Shown: positions 61,326 through 64,000 of the stretch, piece by piece | Layout: each line of letters starts with the position of its first letter | How positions within the stretch are numbered: position 1 is the stretch's first letter | Notes under the pieces: model-generated | Databases searched by the model: none | What the model was told of the DNA's origin: nothing | What the model saw: the letters and a program-made list of their open reading frames with translations, nothing else | Source of the DNA: Holosporales bacterium | Lineage (GTDB): Bacteria > Pseudomonadota > Alphaproteobacteria > JAJTHO01 | Direction: 5' to 3' | Assembly (NCBI GenBank): GCA_046338525.1 | Contig: JBKDWF010000055.1 | Coordinates: 21,276 to 85,275 of the forward strand | Length of the DNA stretch: 64,000 nucleotides | Position numbers and translations under genes: made by a program

Positions 61326-61425
61326 AAGAATACTAAATATCGTTGTAATAAGGAAAACGGTTCATGGCCTAATCACGGCAAGATTGCAAGCAGAAAATAT
61401 ACTCTTCCAAAAATGTTGACACACC

Positions 61426-62346
61426 CTAATCATCTTTACGTACTGTATACGGGTTCCGCAACGCTGCCTTGCGAATGGCCTCGGCCAAATCTTTATCGAT
61501 GGCTTCTGGTAAAACAATCTTAAGACGCACCAAGTGATCACCTTTAGCTTCAGCGGCATGGACACCCTGACCCCGCAAGCGCAACATTGTGTCTGCATTA
61601 GATTGCGGCGGTATCTTGAGAGCAACCTTGGCATGAATCGTTTGCACCGGAATCGATGCTCCGTCCAAGGCCTCCAGCAACGTTACAGGGATAGTACTGA
61701 TAATATTAAGACCTTCTCGTGCCAAGGCGACATGAGGCTGAATCATTACCCGCACCAGAGCATCCCCCGGCGCACCAAAACCACCGGACAATCGACCCTG
61801 ACCCTTAAGGCGCAGCACTTGAGCCTCTTCCACCCCCGGCGGCACCGTTACTTCCACCACACGATCCGGGGCAATTTGCACTCGCTTTTTCGTCCCCAGT
61901 GCTGCTTCCAAAAACGAAATAGTCAAAGACTGTTGGATATCCAATGAGGTATCACTAGACTTCGCCGATCCAGCCCCCGATCCCGCACCGGGGCGGCCAC
62001 CCTTGGGGTTAATGGTACGAAAAATATCATTGAACAAATCGCTGTCAAAAATATCATCATCACTAGGGCGTTGCTGCCGAGCATGACCGCCCTGCCCGCG
62101 AAAACCACTGCCGCCGAAACCTGTAGGGTTTCCCTGAGCATCAATAGACCCCTGATCATACTGACGACGTTTATCCGCATCACCCAAAATGGCATAAGCA
62201 GCCGAAATATCTTTAAAATGACGCTCATTCTTTGCATCACCGGGATGAATATCCGGATGATGTTGCTTGGCTAGGCGGCGATAGGATTTTTTAATTTCCT
62301 CGACACTCGCCGTTTTCGCCACCCCTAGCAGACGGTATAACTCCAT
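61426..62346 (-). CDS. J-domain protein, CbpA-like (DnaJ N-terminal J domain + DnaJ C-terminal domain, no zinc finger)
   Basis: J domain with HPD (HHPDIHPGD); Gly-rich linker; DnaJ_C-like C-terminus; no CxxCxGxG repeats. Confidence 0.75.
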   Translation of the reverse strand: MELYRLLGVAKTASVEEIKKSYRRLAKQHHPDIHPGDAKNERHFKDISAAYAILGDADKRRQYDQGSIDAQGNPTGFGGSGFRGQGGHARQQRPSDDDIFDSDLFNDIFRTINPKGGRPGAGSGAGSAKSSDTSLDIQQSLTISFLEAALGTKKRVQIAPDRVVEVTVPPGVEEAQVLRLKGQGRLSGGFGAPGDALVRVMIQPHVALAREGLNIISTIPVTLLEALDGASIPVQTIHAKVALKIPPQSNADTMLRLRGQGVHAAEAKGDHLVRLKIVLPEAIDKDLAEAIRKAALRNPYTVRKDD

Positions 62347-62353
62347 ATAATGA

Positions 62354-62782
62354 TTATTTCACCACTCGCCAGCTACCATCCTTCTCACGGCAAGCGCTAC
62401 CAAAAGCCTTCTCTTGGTTGCCTTCTACCTTAACGGTTTGCTGGAATTCCCGGCATGTGCGCCCCTCGGAACCCTTAAACGACCGCGATGGTGTCAACGT
62501 ACCGCTATTACCCGAATCTGGATTACGCCAAGAGGATACTTGGCCAGAAGCCTGGGTTTCAAAGGCAAATTGAGCATTACGCTGGGCATATAACACATCG
62601 GCTTTGTCCAAGCCGTTGCCCATACTAGTGCCCGCAAAAGCACCCAACATTGTCCCCGCCAAGTCCTTAGGGGTGCTGGTTTTCACGGCATTGACACTAG
62701 TGCGAGAGGGCTGTGGCTGTCCGGCACAACCAGCAAGCGCAACCACCATAACAGTACAAAAAATTCGCATCATAACTTTCAC
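62354..62782 (-). CDS. Outer-membrane lipoprotein with glycine-zipper motif (17-kDa surface antigen/SlyB-like)
   Basis: Lipoprotein signal (LAGC); glycine zipper GTMLGAFAGTSMGNG. Confidence 0.5.
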   Translation of the reverse strand: MKVMMRIFCTVMVVALAGCAGQPQPSRTSVNAVKTSTPKDLAGTMLGAFAGTSMGNGLDKADVLYAQRNAQFAFETQASGQVSSWRNPDSGNSGTLTPSRSFKGSEGRTCREFQQTVKVEGNQEKAFGSACREKDGSWRVVK

Positions 62783-62791
62783 CCTCCGGTT

Positions 62792-63049
62792 TTAGTTTTT
62801 AAGAAGACTATCAAGTTCGCCCTTTTTATCCAAAGCGTACAAATCGTCACAGCCCCCAATATGAATACCATTGATAAAAATCTGCGGCACCGTTGTGCGC
62901 CCCCCAGCCTTGGTCAACATTTCCGCTCGCTGAGTGGGGTCAGCTTGAACATTTATCTCTGTCCACGTTTGGCCTTTTTGCCGAAACAGCAACTTAGCTC
63001 GATCGCAATACGGGCACGCTGGTTTACTATAAATCGTGATAGCCGCCAT
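62792..63049 (-). CDS. grxC: Glutaredoxin 3
   Basis: CPYC active site, TVPQIFI, GGCDD motifs; 85 aa. Confidence 0.9.
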   Translation of the reverse strand: MAAITIYSKPACPYCDRAKLLFRQKGQTWTEINVQADPTQRAEMLTKAGGRTTVPQIFINGIHIGGCDDLYALDKKGELDSLLKN

Positions 63050-63076
63050 GGATTATCTCCCTTATAAAGTTGAACT

Positions 63077-63742
63077 ATGAGCGGCAACATTTTTTTTGGC
63101 AAGGGGCAAACTGCCCTTATTACTGGAGGGCGAACCCGACTTGGTGCTGCCTTCGCTACGCACTTAGAACAGCGCGGCTATGCCGTCCTGCGCCACAGCC
63201 ACACAAATACCCCAGGCTTTCTGGGTGCTGACCTAGGCAAGCCCAGCGGTGTACATACACTATTAGCACAGCTTTCCGCCCCCGTTAGCGTCCTCATTGC
63301 CAACGCCGGTGTGCTCTGGGGAAATGACGATAACACAAAAGCAATGTGGAGAGTTAATAATACAAGTCCTCGTGCCCTCGCCTTGGGGCTCGCCGCACGC
63401 TGGCCAGATGCTGGCGGTATTATCATCTTTATCACCGATGCCCAGCCCCCGGAAGACGAGGCTTTCAGCCGCTATCGCGCCAGCAAACGGGCGCTGCAGA
63501 AGGCTCTTTTGCCTCTGGCTCAGCAACTAGCACCCAAGTGGCGGGTACACGCCCTTGCCCCAGGGGCTGTCCTGCAAGCCCCCACGGAAAGCCTAGAGCA
63601 TTTCGAGACCATGCGGGCCAAAGCACCTCTGGGGGGTATCGGCATCAACGATTTGACGGGGGCGCTGGATTTCCTCCTCACCGCGCCGAAAGTGACGGGG
63701 CTTAGTATTGCGGTGGATGGGGGGAGTCGGTTGTGCCGGTAG
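63077..63742 (+). CDS. Short-chain dehydrogenase/reductase (SDR) family oxidoreductase
   Basis: N-terminal TGGRTRLG cofactor-binding motif, NAG motif, catalytic YxxxK (YRASK). Confidence 0.7.
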   Translation: MSGNIFFGKGQTALITGGRTRLGAAFATHLEQRGYAVLRHSHTNTPGFLGADLGKPSGVHTLLAQLSAPVSVLIANAGVLWGNDDNTKAMWRVNNTSPRALALGLAARWPDAGGIIIFITDAQPPEDEAFSRYRASKRALQKALLPLAQQLAPKWRVHALAPGAVLQAPTESLEHFETMRAKAPLGGIGINDLTGALDFLLTAPKVTGLSIAVDGGSRLCR

Positions 63743-63764
63743 AATACAGCAAAAACAGTATTTT

Positions 63765-64000
63765 CTAAACCCTCGCCGCTCTTGCCTGTGCATCCACAAC
63801 GGCCAACGCCGCCATGTTTAAGATACCCCGCACCGTTACCGATGGCGTCATGATATGCGCCGGCATCGCCGAACCTAACAAGATAGGTCCAATGCTCAAA
63901 CCATCGCCGAGTTCTTTGAGCAAATTGAAGCCGATATTTGCCGCATCCAAAGTCGGCATAATTAGAAGGTTTGCTTCGCCCTGAAGCCGGGAATTGGGGA
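63765..64000 (-). CDS. Phosphate acetyltransferase-type domain, C-terminal fragment (likely MaeB malic enzyme or Pta C-terminus); gene continues beyond the window end
   Basis: PTA/PTB C-terminal pattern (ILLGSAMPAHIMTPSVTVRGILNMAALAVVDAQ); frame open to position 64000. Confidence 0.5.
   Translation of the reverse strand, partial: PNSRLQGEANLLIMPTLDAANIGFNLLKELGDGLSIGPILLGSAMPAHIMTPSVTVRGILNMAALAVVDAQARAARV

Noticed and set aside
1-64000. tRNA / rRNA genes
   Set aside because: Scanned intergenic regions for T-arm (GTTCGA/GTTCAA-type) and acceptor-stem signatures and found none. All long intergenic spaces are accounted for by repeats, hairpins and the TA island.

Overview
This window reads as an alphaproteobacterial chromosomal segment with mixed base composition. 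Most of it is housekeeping. On the minus strand there is a complete run of ribosomal genes and neighbours (S10-spc cluster): cbpA-like, fusA, tuf, rpsJ, rplC, rplD, rplW, rplB, rpsS, rplV, rpsC, rplP, rpmC, rpsQ, rplN, rplX, rplE, rpsN, rpsH, rplF, rplR, rpsE, rpmD, rplO, secY, adk. Other recognisable genes include thrS-glmU-ferredoxin, ubiH-like, mreD-mrdA-rodA, bamD, tsaC/sua5, rpoN, ahcY, a ~1600-aa NAD-glutamate dehydrogenase, dnaJ, trmD-rplS, aroQ, rlmE, sucD, a phasin, two AsmA-family giants, a Tim44-like protein, a CysG-like gene and a cupredoxin/FTR1 iron permease pair. The accessory or unusual content is as follows. (1) A 108-bp MITE-like element with short terminal inverted repeats and two internal palindromes occurs three times. 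Two inverted copies bracket an orphan RND permease that lies between adk and sucD, where the usual neighbours are absent. (2) A small toxin-antitoxin island upstream of ahcY holds an intact yefM-yoeB pair with a textbook TGTACA operator, plus a parD / frameshifted parE remnant and several hairpins. (3) An AT-rich PAS sensor-kinase-like gene carries Arg in place of the phosphoacceptor His and a degenerate ATP lid, so it is a putative pseudokinase. (4) An AT-rich 570-aa hypothetical gene at the window edge abuts a GC-rich cysG. The cysG N-terminus has lost the GGG dinucleotide-binding loop and begins in a ~70-nt polypyrimidine tract. (5) An orphan Dam-family methyltransferase overlaps rlmE convergently. 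No tRNA, rRNA or CRISPR array was found. The ORF track includes TTG and GTG starts and includes stop codons in its coordinates; several starts were re-placed by homology reasoning.
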